NCBI GenBank assembly: GCA_019429255.1
Contig: JAHYIY010000012.1
Location: 2,505 to 66,504, forward strand
Reading direction: 5' to 3'
Source: Desulfuromonadales bacterium
GTDB taxonomy: Bacteria; Desulfobacterota; Desulfuromonadia; Desulfuromonadales; Geopsychrobacteraceae
Length of the DNA: 64,000 nt
The notes below the pieces were generated by a model that had not been told where the DNA came from, did no database searches, and saw nothing but the letters and a program-made list of their open reading frames with translations. The translations under genes were made by a program, and so were the position numbers. Positions 10,179-19,839 of the stretch are shown in pieces (within the stretch, counting starts at the first letter, position 1; each line of letters opens with the position of its first letter).

Positions 10179-10817
10179 ATGACCGATATCAACAGCATGC
10201 TTCTGCTGGTGGTAATCCTGCTGAACTTTTTCATCCTCGGCAGTGCCAGACTGGTTGCCTGTATTCGCGCCGTTGCCTTGCAGGGAGCTTTGCTGGCCCT
10301 GTTGCCGGTGACGATTCACGGCTTTTCCATTCATTCATTAGGACTGGCCGGCGGGGCCTTTCTGTTTAAGGGGGTGCTGATCCCCTGGTTGTTGTTGCGG
10401 GCGATTCGTGAGGTGCGCATCCGCCGCGAGGTCGAGCCCCTGATCAGTCTGGTGGCGACCCTGTTCCTTGGGGCCATGACGACGGTGGCGGCTTTTCTGT
10501 TTGCCGATCAGTTGCCCCTGATTCATGCTTCTCAGGCCGGGGTTCTGGTACCCGCTTCCCTGGCCACCATGTTGGCTGGTTTTCTGTTGTTGATGACCCG
10601 GCGCAAAGCGATTACCCAGGTGGTCGGTTATCTGATGCTGGAAAACGGTATTTTTATCTTTGGCGTTCTTCTCTCAACGGCCATGCCGCTGGTTGTCGAA
10701 GCTGCGATACTGCTCGATCTGCTGGTGGCCGTGTTTGTTATGGGGATCGTTCTGAATCACGTCAATCGGGAGTTTTCGTCCATCAATATTGAACGCCTTT
10801 CGGCGCTTAAGGAATAA
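10179..10817 (+). CDS. ehrC: Ehr membrane subunit (HyfE-like)
   Basis: RRKAITQVVGYLMLENG; hydrophobic; position in operon. Confidence 0.85.
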   Translation: MTDINSMLLLVVILLNFFILGSARLVACIRAVALQGALLALLPVTIHGFSIHSLGLAGGAFLFKGVLIPWLLLRAIREVRIRREVEPLISLVATLFLGAMTTVAAFLFADQLPLIHASQAGVLVPASLATMLAGFLLLMTRRKAITQVVGYLMLENGIFIFGVLLSTAMPLVVEAAILLDLLVAVFVMGIVLNHVNREFSSINIERLSALKE

Positions 10818-10821
10818 CAAG

Positions 10822-12243
10822 ATGCTGATCTCTCTGGTTCTGATCCCTGTGTGCCTGGCGGCGCTGTCCCTGGTGTTGCCCTGGCATCAGTTGCGCTCCT
10901 GGTTGTTGCCGACGGCCGGAATTATTCAACTGGGACTGGTCGTCCTGGTCGTGCTGGCAAAACCGCAGGCGGGTGAGTGGATCGGTCTTGATGCCCTGTC
11001 CACCCTGGTGTTGCTGGTCACCAGTATTCTTTATCTGGGCTGCGCATTTTATGCTGTAGACTATCTGGCGTTGCGGCAGGATCGCGGTAACCGGATTATT
11101 GTTCCCTGTCTGCTGGTTTTCCTGGCGGCTATGTCGCTGGCGATTATTTCCCGGCATTTGGGGCTGATGTGGGTGGCGGTAGAAACGACCACCATCGTCA
11201 GCGCCCCGCTGATCTATTACAATCGCAATCGTCTGTCGATCGAGGCGACCTGGAAATATCTGCTGTTGTGTTCGGTGGGGATTGCTCTGGCGATGCTCGG
11301 GATCATGTTTGTTGCTTATTCGGCCGTGGGTGGTCAAACCGAGGTTAGTCTGCAACTCGACTGGTTGCTGGATACGGCGCCGCAGTTGAGCAAGCCCTGG
11401 CTGCATGCCGGCTTTATCTTCTTGCTGGTTGGTTACGGAACCAAAATGGGGCTGGCACCATTACACAGCTGGAAGCCTGACGCTTATGCCGAATCGCCGG
11501 CGCTGGTTGGTGCGTTGCTGGCCGGCGGGTTGACGACGGTTTCTTTTCTGGCGATTCTGCGCGGCGTACAGGTGATGTCCGCCGCCGGGGATCTGATCAT
11601 GGCGCAACAGGCGCTGATGGGGTTGGGGTTGTTTTCCATGCTGATTGCCGCGATATTTATGGTGCGGCAGCCGGATATCAAGCGGATGCTGGCCTATTCA
11701 TCGGTGGAGCACATGGGCATTCTCGCGCTGGGTGTCGGCATCGGCGGGTTGGCGACCTTTGGGGCCCTGTTGCACCTGGCCAACAATGCCCTGACCAAGG
11801 GCTGCCTGTTTCTCACCGCCGGCAACATTCAGCGATCGTACGCCAGTAAAAACCTCAGAGAGGTGCGCGGGGCTCTTAGCTGTCTGCCGCTGTCGGCCGG
11901 TATTTTCCTGACCGGCTTTCTGGCGATCACCGGGGCGCCGCCTTTTGGTCCTTTTTTGTCTGAATTTACCATCCTGCGAGGGATTTTTGCCGGTGGCCAC
12001 CCATGGATAGCGGCAGCGTTTCTGATCCTGCTGGCAACGATCTTTATCGGTATGGGGGCAACGGTTCTCTCGGCAACGCAAGGGGAATCTCCGCGGGTTT
12101 CAGCACAGTTTCGTGATCGCCTGCTGCTGGTTGCGCCGCCGTTGTTGTTGTTGGCGTTGGTCCTCTGTCTGGGAATTTATATGCCTGATCCGCTGAAAGA
12201 GTTGTTGGAAGCCGGGGTTGCGTTACTGGAGGTGACCTCATGA
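10822..12243 (+). CDS. ehrD: Ehr membrane subunit (HyfF-like)
   Basis: EATWKY, GYGTKMGLAPLHSWKPDAY, KRMLAYSSVEHMG. Confidence 0.88.
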   Translation: MLISLVLIPVCLAALSLVLPWHQLRSWLLPTAGIIQLGLVVLVVLAKPQAGEWIGLDALSTLVLLVTSILYLGCAFYAVDYLALRQDRGNRIIVPCLLVFLAAMSLAIISRHLGLMWVAVETTTIVSAPLIYYNRNRLSIEATWKYLLLCSVGIALAMLGIMFVAYSAVGGQTEVSLQLDWLLDTAPQLSKPWLHAGFIFLLVGYGTKMGLAPLHSWKPDAYAESPALVGALLAGGLTTVSFLAILRGVQVMSAAGDLIMAQQALMGLGLFSMLIAAIFMVRQPDIKRMLAYSSVEHMGILALGVGIGGLATFGALLHLANNALTKGCLFLTAGNIQRSYASKNLREVRGALSCLPLSAGIFLTGFLAITGAPPFGPFLSEFTILRGIFAGGHPWIAAAFLILLATIFIGMGATVLSATQGESPRVSAQFRDRLLLVAPPLLLLALVLCLGIYMPDPLKELLEAGVALLEVTS

Positions 12244-13757
12244 GTCGACTGAAACCTGCGCAGATATTACGCAATGGCGATAGTGTTCCGCTGGCCGAAG
12301 TGACGATTCTGGAGATGGACGCATTTTTCACCGCAGTCAAACAGGAAGCGGCGGCGCAGGGGCGGGTTATTGCCCTGTTTGCATCACCAGCCGGTGACGA
12401 GTTTGATCTGTTTGCCCTGATCGCGCATGACTGGCAGGGAACCCTGGCCCTGTTGCGTACCCGAGTGGTTGATCGCTACCCCTCGTTGACGCCGGAATTG
12501 CCCGCAGTGCATCTGTTTGAGCGGGAGATAGCCGAGCAGTACGGGGTAGTTCCCGAAGGGCATCCGTGGTTCAAGCCGGTACGTTTTCATCGCAGCTACA
12601 GCGCCGGCGATGCCTGGGGCCGGGATCAGCAGCCGTTGATTCCCGGCGATATGGACTACTACCGGGTTGAGGGGAGTGACGTCCATGAGGTGGCGGTTGG
12701 TCCTGTTCATGCCGGGGTGATTGAGCCCGGACATTTTCGTTTCCAGTGTCACGGCGAGAAGGTGCTGCACATGGAGATCTCTCTGGGCTATCAGCATCGC
12801 GGTCTGGAACCTCTGCTGCAGGGTAAGCCGGGGCCGGCCACCATGCAGCGACTGGAGACTGTCGCCGGGGACAGCACCATCGCCCATGCCACAGCCTATG
12901 CGCGGATCTGTGAATCCTTGAGCCATACCGCCGTTCCCCCGCGGGCCGAAGCGATTCGGGCCCTGGCGCTGGAACTGGAGCGCCTGGCCAATCATGTTGG
13001 CGATATTGGCGGTCTGGCCACCGATATCGGTTACCTGCCGACCGCCTCTTACTGTGGCCGTCTGCGCGGTGATTATCTCAACCTCACGGCCGATATATGC
13101 GGTAGTCGTTTTGGCCGGACGCTGGTGCGACCCGGAGGGGTAGCTTACGACATCGACAAAGATCGCGCTGAGAAGATGAGCAAGCAGCTTGCGCTGGTGA
13201 CGCGCGATACCAAGGGAGCGTTGGCGCTGTTTTTTGACTGTCCATCGGTGCTGGCGCGGTTGGAAGGGACTGGTCAGGTTGCTATGGATGATGCGGAAGC
13301 TCTTGGTCTGGTCGGGGTTGCCGGCCGGGCTTGCGGTCTGGCGGTTGATGCACGACTTCATCACCCCTGGGGAGCCTACATAAGGAATTTCGACCAGGCG
13401 GTATTTGAGGAAACCGGTGATGTCCATGCCCGGGCAAAGGTCAGACAGCGCGAAATTGTCAACTCAATCAGCTGGGTTAATCAGGCCCTTTCTACCCTGC
13501 CGGATTCGCCATTGATCGAGCGACCAGGAAGGCTTGCTCCCGAGTCGCTCGCTGTCACGCTGGTGGAGGGCTGGCGCGGCGAGGTGGCTCATGTCGCACT
13601 GACGGACAAGCAAGGCGCTTTTTCCCGCTATAAAATCGTTGATCCATCTTTTCGCAACTGGAGTGGTCTGGCCATGGCGTTGCGCGATGAACAAATTTCT
13701 GACTTTCCACTATGCAATAAGAGTTTCAATCTCTCCTATTGCGGTTTTGATCTGTAA
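12240..13757 (+). CDS. ehrL: Ehr large subunit (HyfG/NuoCD-like) lacking Ni-binding cysteines
   Basis: FEREIAE, VGPVHAGVIEPGHFRF, LELERLANH, EGWRGE; C-terminus DFPLCNKSFNLSYCGFDL. Confidence 0.9.
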   Translation: MSRLKPAQILRNGDSVPLAEVTILEMDAFFTAVKQEAAAQGRVIALFASPAGDEFDLFALIAHDWQGTLALLRTRVVDRYPSLTPELPAVHLFEREIAEQYGVVPEGHPWFKPVRFHRSYSAGDAWGRDQQPLIPGDMDYYRVEGSDVHEVAVGPVHAGVIEPGHFRFQCHGEKVLHMEISLGYQHRGLEPLLQGKPGPATMQRLETVAGDSTIAHATAYARICESLSHTAVPPRAEAIRALALELERLANHVGDIGGLATDIGYLPTASYCGRLRGDYLNLTADICGSRFGRTLVRPGGVAYDIDKDRAEKMSKQLALVTRDTKGALALFFDCPSVLARLEGTGQVAMDDAEALGLVGVAGRACGLAVDARLHHPWGAYIRNFDQAVFEETGDVHARAKVRQREIVNSISWVNQALSTLPDSPLIERPGRLAPESLAVTLVEGWRGEVAHVALTDKQGAFSRYKIVDPSFRNWSGLAMALRDEQISDFPLCNKSFNLSYCGFDL

Positions 13758-13768
13758 AAGGGCTGACC

Positions 13769-14533
13769 ATGCTCAAGATTTTGCGTGAACGGTTTCGTCA
13801 GGGCTATCGAACTTTCCCCTATCTAAAAAAAGATCCAGTGATAGCTGAACGCTTTCGTGGACGACCGCAGTTGCCGATCGAGCCTTGCGCCCTAGACTGC
13901 CATGCTTGCCGGGACGCCTGTCCTTATGGGGCTGTTCAAATTGACCAGGGCAGAGTTGGCATCGACCTGGGGCTCTGCACCTTTTGCGGAGATTGCGCCA
14001 CAGCCTGCCCTTCTGGAACATTGACCTTCAGTCGTGATCATCGTCTGGCGACCCGGAAACGGGACGATCTGCTCGTCGGTCCCGCCGAACTGCAGCTGGC
14101 GGCGGCGTTGGATGAGCGCATGAAAAAGTTGTTTGGGCGCTCGCTGAAGCTACGCCAGGTGTCCGCCGGGGGCTGCAATGCCTGTGAAGCGGATATCAAC
14201 GTGCTTGGCACCCTGGTGTTTGATCTGGGGCGCTACGGCATCCAGTTTGTCGCGTCGCCGCGCCATGCCGACGGGCTGCTGGTCACCGGCCCGGTCACAG
14301 AAAACATGAAAAGCGCCCTGCTTGATACCTATGCGGCGGTGCCCGAGCCGAAACTGGTGATTGCATCCGGGGCTTGTGCCATCGGCGGCGGACCGTTTCG
14401 CGGCAGTCCCGAGGTCAACAACGGTATTGGTGATCTGTTGCCGGTTGATCTCTATATCCCCGGTTGCCCCCCGCATCCCTGGACAACCCTCGACGGCTTG
14501 TTGCGGTTGCTCGGGCGTCTGGAGAGAAGATAG
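13769..14533 (+). CDS. ehrS: Ehr small subunit: ferredoxin domain fused to HyfI/NuoB-like domain
   Basis: CHACRDACP, CTFCGDCATACP, GGCNACE, SPRHAD, GACA, PGCPP. Confidence 0.9.
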   Translation: MLKILRERFRQGYRTFPYLKKDPVIAERFRGRPQLPIEPCALDCHACRDACPYGAVQIDQGRVGIDLGLCTFCGDCATACPSGTLTFSRDHRLATRKRDDLLVGPAELQLAAALDERMKKLFGRSLKLRQVSAGGCNACEADINVLGTLVFDLGRYGIQFVASPRHADGLLVTGPVTENMKSALLDTYAAVPEPKLVIASGACAIGGGPFRGSPEVNNGIGDLLPVDLYIPGCPPHPWTTLDGLLRLLGRLERR

Positions 14534-14767
14534 TTTCCGTCCCGAAATGGTTCTTTTCCGCCGTGGCGGTGTCAATCTGCAGCCTTGTTTGTGCGGCGTA
14601 AAGTACTACGCCTTAAGCTCAAGCCCTTGATTTCCTAGCCACAACGAAAAATTCCTCATTTCCGATTCGGAAATTTATGTGTGCCTACCTGGGGTTTCCG
14701 TGTGGTGGCAATTGATCTTGAACCGCTTCGATAATCGTGATAGAAGCACTGCAGCATGGAAACAGGG

Positions 14768-15256
14768 ATGATGGGTACAGAGCGTGACCGCTATTTCATG
14801 GAGGCGGCTTATGCTGAAGCGCTGGTCGCTGAGCAACTTGGCGAGGTTCCCGTCGGCGCTGTTGTTGTCTACGCAGATCAGATTGTCGGTCGTGGTCACA
14901 ACCTGCGCGAGACCAGCAATGATCCCACCACCCATGCCGAGATGGTCGCCATTCGCCTGGCAGCGCAGCATCTTGACTCTTGGCGTCTGCTCGATTGCAC
15001 CATCTATGTGACCCTGGAGCCCTGCGTCATGTGCATGGGGGCAATTATTCTGGCGCGAGTCCCGCGACTGGTGTACGCTTGTCGTGACCCGCGCGTCGGC
15101 GCTGCCGGCTCTATTTACAATCTGGCTGAGGATGAGCGCTTCAATCACCGGGTTGAAGTAACCGAAGGCATTCTACAGCACCAGTGCAGTCAACAGCTGA
15201 GTGATTTTTTCCGCAGACTCAGGGAGCAGAAGAAAGAACAGAAAAGCAACAAATAG
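14768..15256 (+). CDS. tadA: tRNA adenosine(34) deaminase
   Basis: GEVPVGAV, HAE, TLEPCVMC motifs; exact start uncertain (14756-14771). Confidence 0.92.
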   Translation: MMGTERDRYFMEAAYAEALVAEQLGEVPVGAVVVYADQIVGRGHNLRETSNDPTTHAEMVAIRLAAQHLDSWRLLDCTIYVTLEPCVMCMGAIILARVPRLVYACRDPRVGAAGSIYNLAEDERFNHRVEVTEGILQHQCSQQLSDFFRRLREQKKEQKSNK

Positions 15257-15266
15257 TGACACTCAC

Positions 15267-15354
15267 GGAGGGGTGTCCGAGAGGTCGAAGGTGACAGACT
15301 CGAAATCTGTTGTAGCGCAAGCTACCGTGGGTTCGAATCCCACCCCCTCCGCCA
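15267..15354 (+). tRNA. tRNA-Ser(CGA)
   Basis: GGAGGGG/CCCCTCC acceptor stem, ACAGA-CT-CGA-AA-TCTGT anticodon arm, long variable arm, GGTTCGAATCC, encoded GCCA end. Confidence 0.97.
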
Positions 15355-15357
15355 ATC

Positions 15358-15396
15358 GCAGGAAGGCCATCCCATCGGGGTGGCCTTCTTGCATTT
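15358..15396 (+). terminator. Terminator-like hairpin after tRNA-Ser
   Basis: GCAGGAAGGCCATCCC-ATCG-GGGTGGCCTTCTTGC followed by ATTT. Confidence 0.65.
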
Positions 15397-15529
15397 AAGA
15401 GTTTGAGGGCTGGGATTCGAAGCGAAGCGAACGCTGACTTGATGTCAGAAAAGCGGCCAGGACGGCCGCGTCAGTGAGTGTAGGGGAGCCGACGCAGGAG
15501 CCGCCGTGATGGCGGTGACGTAGTGGGAT

Positions 15530-15548
15530 AATCCCACCCCCTCCGCCA
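15530..15548 (+). repeat. 19-bp duplication of the tRNA-Ser 3' end (att-like)
   Basis: AATCCCACCCCCTCCGCCA identical to 15336-15354. Confidence 0.9.
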
Positions 15549-15564
15549 TAAAGAAATCAGGGGC

Positions 15565-15953
15565 TTAGCCAATTAAAGTTAAGCCCCTGATGCCCCTGAT
15601 GTGTTTGAAAAAAGCTTTATACGTGTATGTGCTACCCATCATGCAGACCGGTGCCATACCGTCCATGAACTCCGCGCGCTTCATAAACAACAGGCATTCC
15701 ATGGTGATGGGATGACGATCAGTCTCTTCATAAACCAGTTCAGCAAAAGCCCGTAATTGCTGCTGGAGAGTGCGGGCTAGGTTTTCCTTATTGCCAAACA
15801 GATTGTAAATCGCACCAGTGCGGACACCGGAGGCCTCGACAATTTGGGGGATCGAGACGCGGTGATAGCCCTTTGTGACGAACAGCTCCAAGGCACAGTC
15901 TAGAACCTGGCGGTACTTTTTCCCGGGTCGATCGTTCTCACTTTTGGCAGCAT
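15565..15953 (-). pseudogene. TetR-family regulator pseudogene
   Basis: ALELFVTKGYHRVSIPQIVEASGVRTGAIYNLFGNKENL is a TetR HTH; ATG 15953 is out of frame with it (frameshift near 15917); C-terminal domain short. Confidence 0.7.
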
Positions 15954-16180
15954 AGTCAGATTCTCAATTTATTAAATTAATGGGGGGGTGCGGCTATCCT
16001 AACAAAAGACTACAAATTATGGCTGTTTCAATCCCTTTATTGAGTGATCTTGTGACCTATGAAGCAAGGGAGTGTGTAGAAGGCCGAACCGACCACATAG
16101 CACGACTGACAGATTGGATTGAGCGCCGGCCAGTCGCTTCCAAATACTGTGGGAACCAGTAGCAGGGTATGGATCCTCTC

Positions 16181-17908
16181 TCATGCCGCCATGCTGATCG
16201 GGAATGCCTGCCAGGGAATCAAAAAAGTCGGCAGATTTTGCCCGACGACTTCGTCAATATAACGGTATTCGCGACTGCGGCGCTGTTGCAACAGCGGATC
16301 GCTGACCGTCAATGGAGCCAGGCTCTGGTTGATGACCCAGCCGGCTGGTTCAATGCCGGCGCGGCGCAGATCTTCTTGCAGGGCCAGCGCTTCATGTACC
16401 GGCGTCGCCTCCGGGAGGGTGACCAGAAAAACTCTGGTGAAGCCCGGGTCACGCAAACGCGGCAACAGCTGGCGCACTGCCTCGGGGATATCGCTCATGG
16501 AACGTGAAACCTCACGATGATAGGATTCAGACGCATCCAGCAGCAGCAGGGTATGACCGGTAGGGGCAGTGTCGATGACCACAAAGCCTCCGTCCCCTTC
16601 AGCGACCACGCGGGCAAAGGCTCGAAACACCGCGATTTCCTCGGTGCATGGCGAGCGCAGATCTTCCTCCAGCAATGCCCGCGCTTCATCATCCAGATCA
16701 GCACCGACGGTGGCGAGCACGTCCTGACTATAGGCTGCGGTTTCAGCCGCCGGATCAATCCGGCTGACCTGTAAATTTGCCATATTGCGGCCACCCAGAG
16801 TCTGGGCGACATGCGCTGCCGGATCGGTAGTCGTCAGGTGGACCTTTTTGCCGCTTGTGGCCAGTGCCGTAGCCAGATTGACCGCCAGGGTGGTTTTGCC
16901 AACGCCGCCCTTGCCCATGGTCATGATCACCCCGCCGGACTGTGAAGTAAGCTGTTTGAGCAGATGATCAAAAGACTCCGGCAGTGGCGATTCGACCGCT
17001 GAAGTTGGCACCGCTGGCGGTGTACTCCCTGGCGTGAAAAAATTACGTAACGCGTCGATCCCCACCAACTCTGCGCCACTTAATGGGATGTCGGTGCGCG
17101 GCAGAGACTTGAGAGCAACCGGCATGGCTGCCAGGGCATTTTGACCGCGTTTGATTAAGGCCATCGCAATCGGGTCCGAACTATTCTGCAGTTGCAACAA
17201 ACCGTTCAGTACCAGATGCTGGTTACGTACTCCCAGTTCTGCAAGTTCCGCTGCTGCGCGAGCTGCCTCAGCCAGCGGTGACTCATCCGGGCGACTGACA
17301 ACCACCACCAGGGTTTTATCCGGGTCGGCAAGGGCCTGGCGCGTGGCGGCATAAAGCTGTTGCTGGGCCTGAAGACCGGCCAACGGTCCGAGGCAGGAAG
17401 CGCCACTCGCATTGGTGTCGATAAAATCACTCCACGCCGCCGGTAATGACAGCAGACGCAGGGTGTGGCCGGTGGGGGCGGTATCGAAAACAATGTGATC
17501 AAAATCTTTGGCCACTTCCGGATTACCCATTAAACTGGCGAACTCGTTAAACGCCGCTATTTCCACCGTACAGGCGCCGGAAAGTTGTTCTTCCATGCTG
17601 GTGATAGCGGCGTCGGGCAATAGACCACGATAGGGGGCAACCATCTGTTCGCGATACGTCGCGGCCGCTTCGACCGGATCGACATTGGCAGCATACAAAC
17701 CGTCTACATCAGGAACCGGAACCGGCTCGGCAGACAGAGGCAGACCCAGAACTTCGTCTAGATTGGAAGCTGGGTCAGTGCTGACCAATAGCACTTTATT
17801 TCCTTGATCGGCCAGAATGATGGCGGTTGATGTTGCTGTTGTGGTTTTTCCAACCCCCCCCTTACCGGTAAAAAACAGATTGCGTGGGGCGTTGTCGATG
17901 AATTTCAT
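16181..17908 (-). CDS. arsA: Arsenite efflux ATPase
   Basis: Two GKGGVGKT P-loops, two DTAPTGHT motifs, SGACT, SCLGP, SPCTEE. Confidence 0.97.
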   Translation of the reverse strand: MKFIDNAPRNLFFTGKGGVGKTTTATSTAIILADQGNKVLLVSTDPASNLDEVLGLPLSAEPVPVPDVDGLYAANVDPVEAAATYREQMVAPYRGLLPDAAITSMEEQLSGACTVEIAAFNEFASLMGNPEVAKDFDHIVFDTAPTGHTLRLLSLPAAWSDFIDTNASGASCLGPLAGLQAQQQLYAATRQALADPDKTLVVVVSRPDESPLAEAARAAAELAELGVRNQHLVLNGLLQLQNSSDPIAMALIKRGQNALAAMPVALKSLPRTDIPLSGAELVGIDALRNFFTPGSTPPAVPTSAVESPLPESFDHLLKQLTSQSGGVIMTMGKGGVGKTTLAVNLATALATSGKKVHLTTTDPAAHVAQTLGGRNMANLQVSRIDPAAETAAYSQDVLATVGADLDDEARALLEEDLRSPCTEEIAVFRAFARVVAEGDGGFVVIDTAPTGHTLLLLDASESYHREVSRSMSDIPEAVRQLLPRLRDPGFTRVFLVTLPEATPVHEALALQEDLRRAGIEPAGWVINQSLAPLTVSDPLLQQRRSREYRYIDEVVGQNLPTFLIPWQAFPISMAA

Positions 17909-17984
17909 TTAGTTTCTCCTGTGAAAACTTTGAGCTACAAAAAGTCTCAAGCCGGTCAAAGCCGGCTCGATAGGTGTTGTAATT

Positions 17985-18002
17985 ATCCTGCGACCGCAGG
18001 AT
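17985..18002 (-). promoter_or_regulatory. Candidate bacterial SECIS hairpin for arsD
   Basis: AUCCUGC-GGUC-GCAGGAU; loop begins 24 nt 3' of the first UGA; no U-tract after it. Confidence 0.6.
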
Positions 18003-18373
18003 CAGCATTTGCCCGGACTTCAGCCACAGGCTGTTGTTGGTTGTTTGACCGCTTCTTGTTCAAACGTGATACCAGCCTCGGCCAGGATAGTGACAAATTT
18101 ATCCAGAGTCGGATAACTGCCCTTGGCCAGTATTTTATCGTCGACAAAGGTCAGGGGGAGCACCGAGGGGCCATCAGTGCGCAATAATTCGCTGACTTGC
18201 GTATTGTCAACAAAGGCACGCGGTTCACTGGAAAGATTGTAGCGCTCCACGGTAACTCCTGCTTGTTCAATCTTGCGCAGGGTCTCCTGCAGTTTGCTCA
18301 GCTTGGGGTCGACGGAGGGGCCACACACACCGCTGGAGCAACACATGGCCGGATCATAAATAGCTATTTTCAT
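18002..18373 (-). CDS. arsD: Arsenite metallochaperone ArsD, probably with Sec at 18020-18022 (123 aa if read through, 117 aa otherwise)
   Basis: YDPAMCCSSGVCGPSVDP, ERYNL, LPLTFVD, YPT; tail ACG-TGA-SPGKC-TGA. Confidence 0.9.
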
Positions 18374-18532
18374 TGGGTTATTTTCTCCTTATCAATTTAT
18401 TAACAAACCCTGCAAGATCAGGTCGGAGGGTTCTGTTTCATCATCTGCACCATGCTCATCATCTGTTGCATGGCTACATCCTTGTATTAAGCTGTTTTCA
18501 ATTTTAAAAATAAATGGTTAGAGTGATATTCA

Positions 18533-18746
18533 TCAGTTGCGCATCGGTATCAGTAAAACCGGAACCGGTGAATGACGTACAACATTGTGGCTGACACTTC
18601 CGAGGAAAAACTCGCGGACAAAACCCCTCCCCTGGGTTCCCATGACGACCATTTGCCCACCATGTTCCTTGATCAGGCGGCAGATTTCTTCATGGGGCAT
18701 GAGAAACCGGCGAAAGATCGGTCGCGACAATAAAACGTGTAAGCAT
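18533..18746 (-). pseudogene. Universal stress protein, internally deleted
   Basis: AAGGAG RBS and MLTRFIVATDLSP (USP N-terminus) joined out of frame to a USP C-terminus VVMGTQGRG..FLGSVSHNVVRHSPVPVLLIP. Confidence 0.8.
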
Positions 18747-18780
18747 GATATATCTCCTTTAACAGTCCCGAATCCCAATG

Positions 18781-19836
18781 TTAAGGGTGTGCGGCAGGAA
18801 ACCAATTCTTGGTGCGATTGGCGTATTTGACCAGGGCCAGCATCAGCGGCACTTCCACCAGCACCCCGACAATGGTCACCAGCACCACCGGCGAGGCGGC
18901 ACCGAACAGGGTAATGGCGACGGCCACAGCCAATTCAAAAAAGTTGGAGGCACCGATCATGCCCGCAGGTGCGGCAATGTCATGGGTCATGTGGCACTTG
19001 AGGCAGCCGACATAAGCGAGAAAGAAGATGAAGATTGTCTGAATAATCAGGGGAATCGCAATCAAAACAATATGGAAGGGATTACTGAGGATGACTTCCC
19101 CCTGAAAGGAGAAAATCAGCACCAGGGTCAACAACAGACCACCAATGGTGATGTTGTTGAATTTGGGGAGGAACTCCTTGTTGAAATACTCTTCTCCCTG
19201 GTTTTTCAACACCCAGCTGCGGGTAGCAATGCCGCTGACGAGGGGGATAACCACGAACAGAAACACCGACAGAAACAGGGTGTCCCAGGGGATGCTGATA
19301 CCACCGATACCGAGCAGCAAAGCAACAATCGGTGTAAAAGCGATCAGGATGATCAGATCATTGGTGGCGACCTGAACCACGGTGTATGCCGGGTTACCAC
19401 GGGTTAAGTGGCTCCAGACAAAAACCATGGCGGTACAGGGTGCCGCGCCTAGAATAACAGCACCGGCAACGTATTCCTTGGCCAGTTCTGCCGGAATAAA
19501 AGGACTGAAGATCACATAGAAAAACAACGAAGCGATCCCAAACATGGTGAATGGCTTGATCAGCCAGTTGACAATCCAGGTCATGTAAAGCCCACCCGGA
19601 TTTTTACGCACATTTTTAATGCTGGTGAAGTCGACCTTCATCATCATTGGATAGATCATCAACCAGATCAATACCGCGATAGGAATCGATACTTTGGCAT
19701 ATTCAAGTTTGGCCAGAGCTGCCGGGATCGCCGGCAAAAATTTGCCGATCAGCACTCCGCCAACCATACAGAGAACAACCCAGACCGTCAGGTTCTTCTC
19801 GAAAAAACTGATTCCTTCCAACTTTTGTTTCGTCAT
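18781..19836 (-). CDS. acr3: ACR3-family arsenite efflux transporter
   Basis: MIYPMM, NWLIKPF, GAAPCTAMVFVWS, GASNFFELAVAVA, VLVEVP. Confidence 0.96.
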   Translation of the reverse strand: MTKQKLEGISFFEKNLTVWVVLCMVGGVLIGKFLPAIPAALAKLEYAKVSIPIAVLIWLMIYPMMMKVDFTSIKNVRKNPGGLYMTWIVNWLIKPFTMFGIASLFFYVIFSPFIPAELAKEYVAGAVILGAAPCTAMVFVWSHLTRGNPAYTVVQVATNDLIILIAFTPIVALLLGIGGISIPWDTLFLSVFLFVVIPLVSGIATRSWVLKNQGEEYFNKEFLPKFNNITIGGLLLTLVLIFSFQGEVILSNPFHIVLIAIPLIIQTIFIFFLAYVGCLKCHMTHDIAAPAGMIGASNFFELAVAVAITLFGAASPVVLVTIVGVLVEVPLMLALVKYANRTKNWFPAAHP

Positions 19837-19839
19837 CCC

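Noticed and set aside
12240..13757. Functional NiFe hydrogenase or formate hydrogenlyase
   Set aside because: Both Ni-binding CxxC motifs are missing.
17909..18004. Read-through of the second arsD TGA to the TAA just before arsA
   Set aside because: The frame is open, but the 30-aa extension is not ArsD-like. The GGUC hairpin is too close to this UGA, and the next hairpin has no G-led loop. Treated as the stop, though not excluded.
18418..18471. 17-codon Met-rich ORF with RBS upstream of arsD
   Set aside because: Too short to support; probably another deletion remnant.
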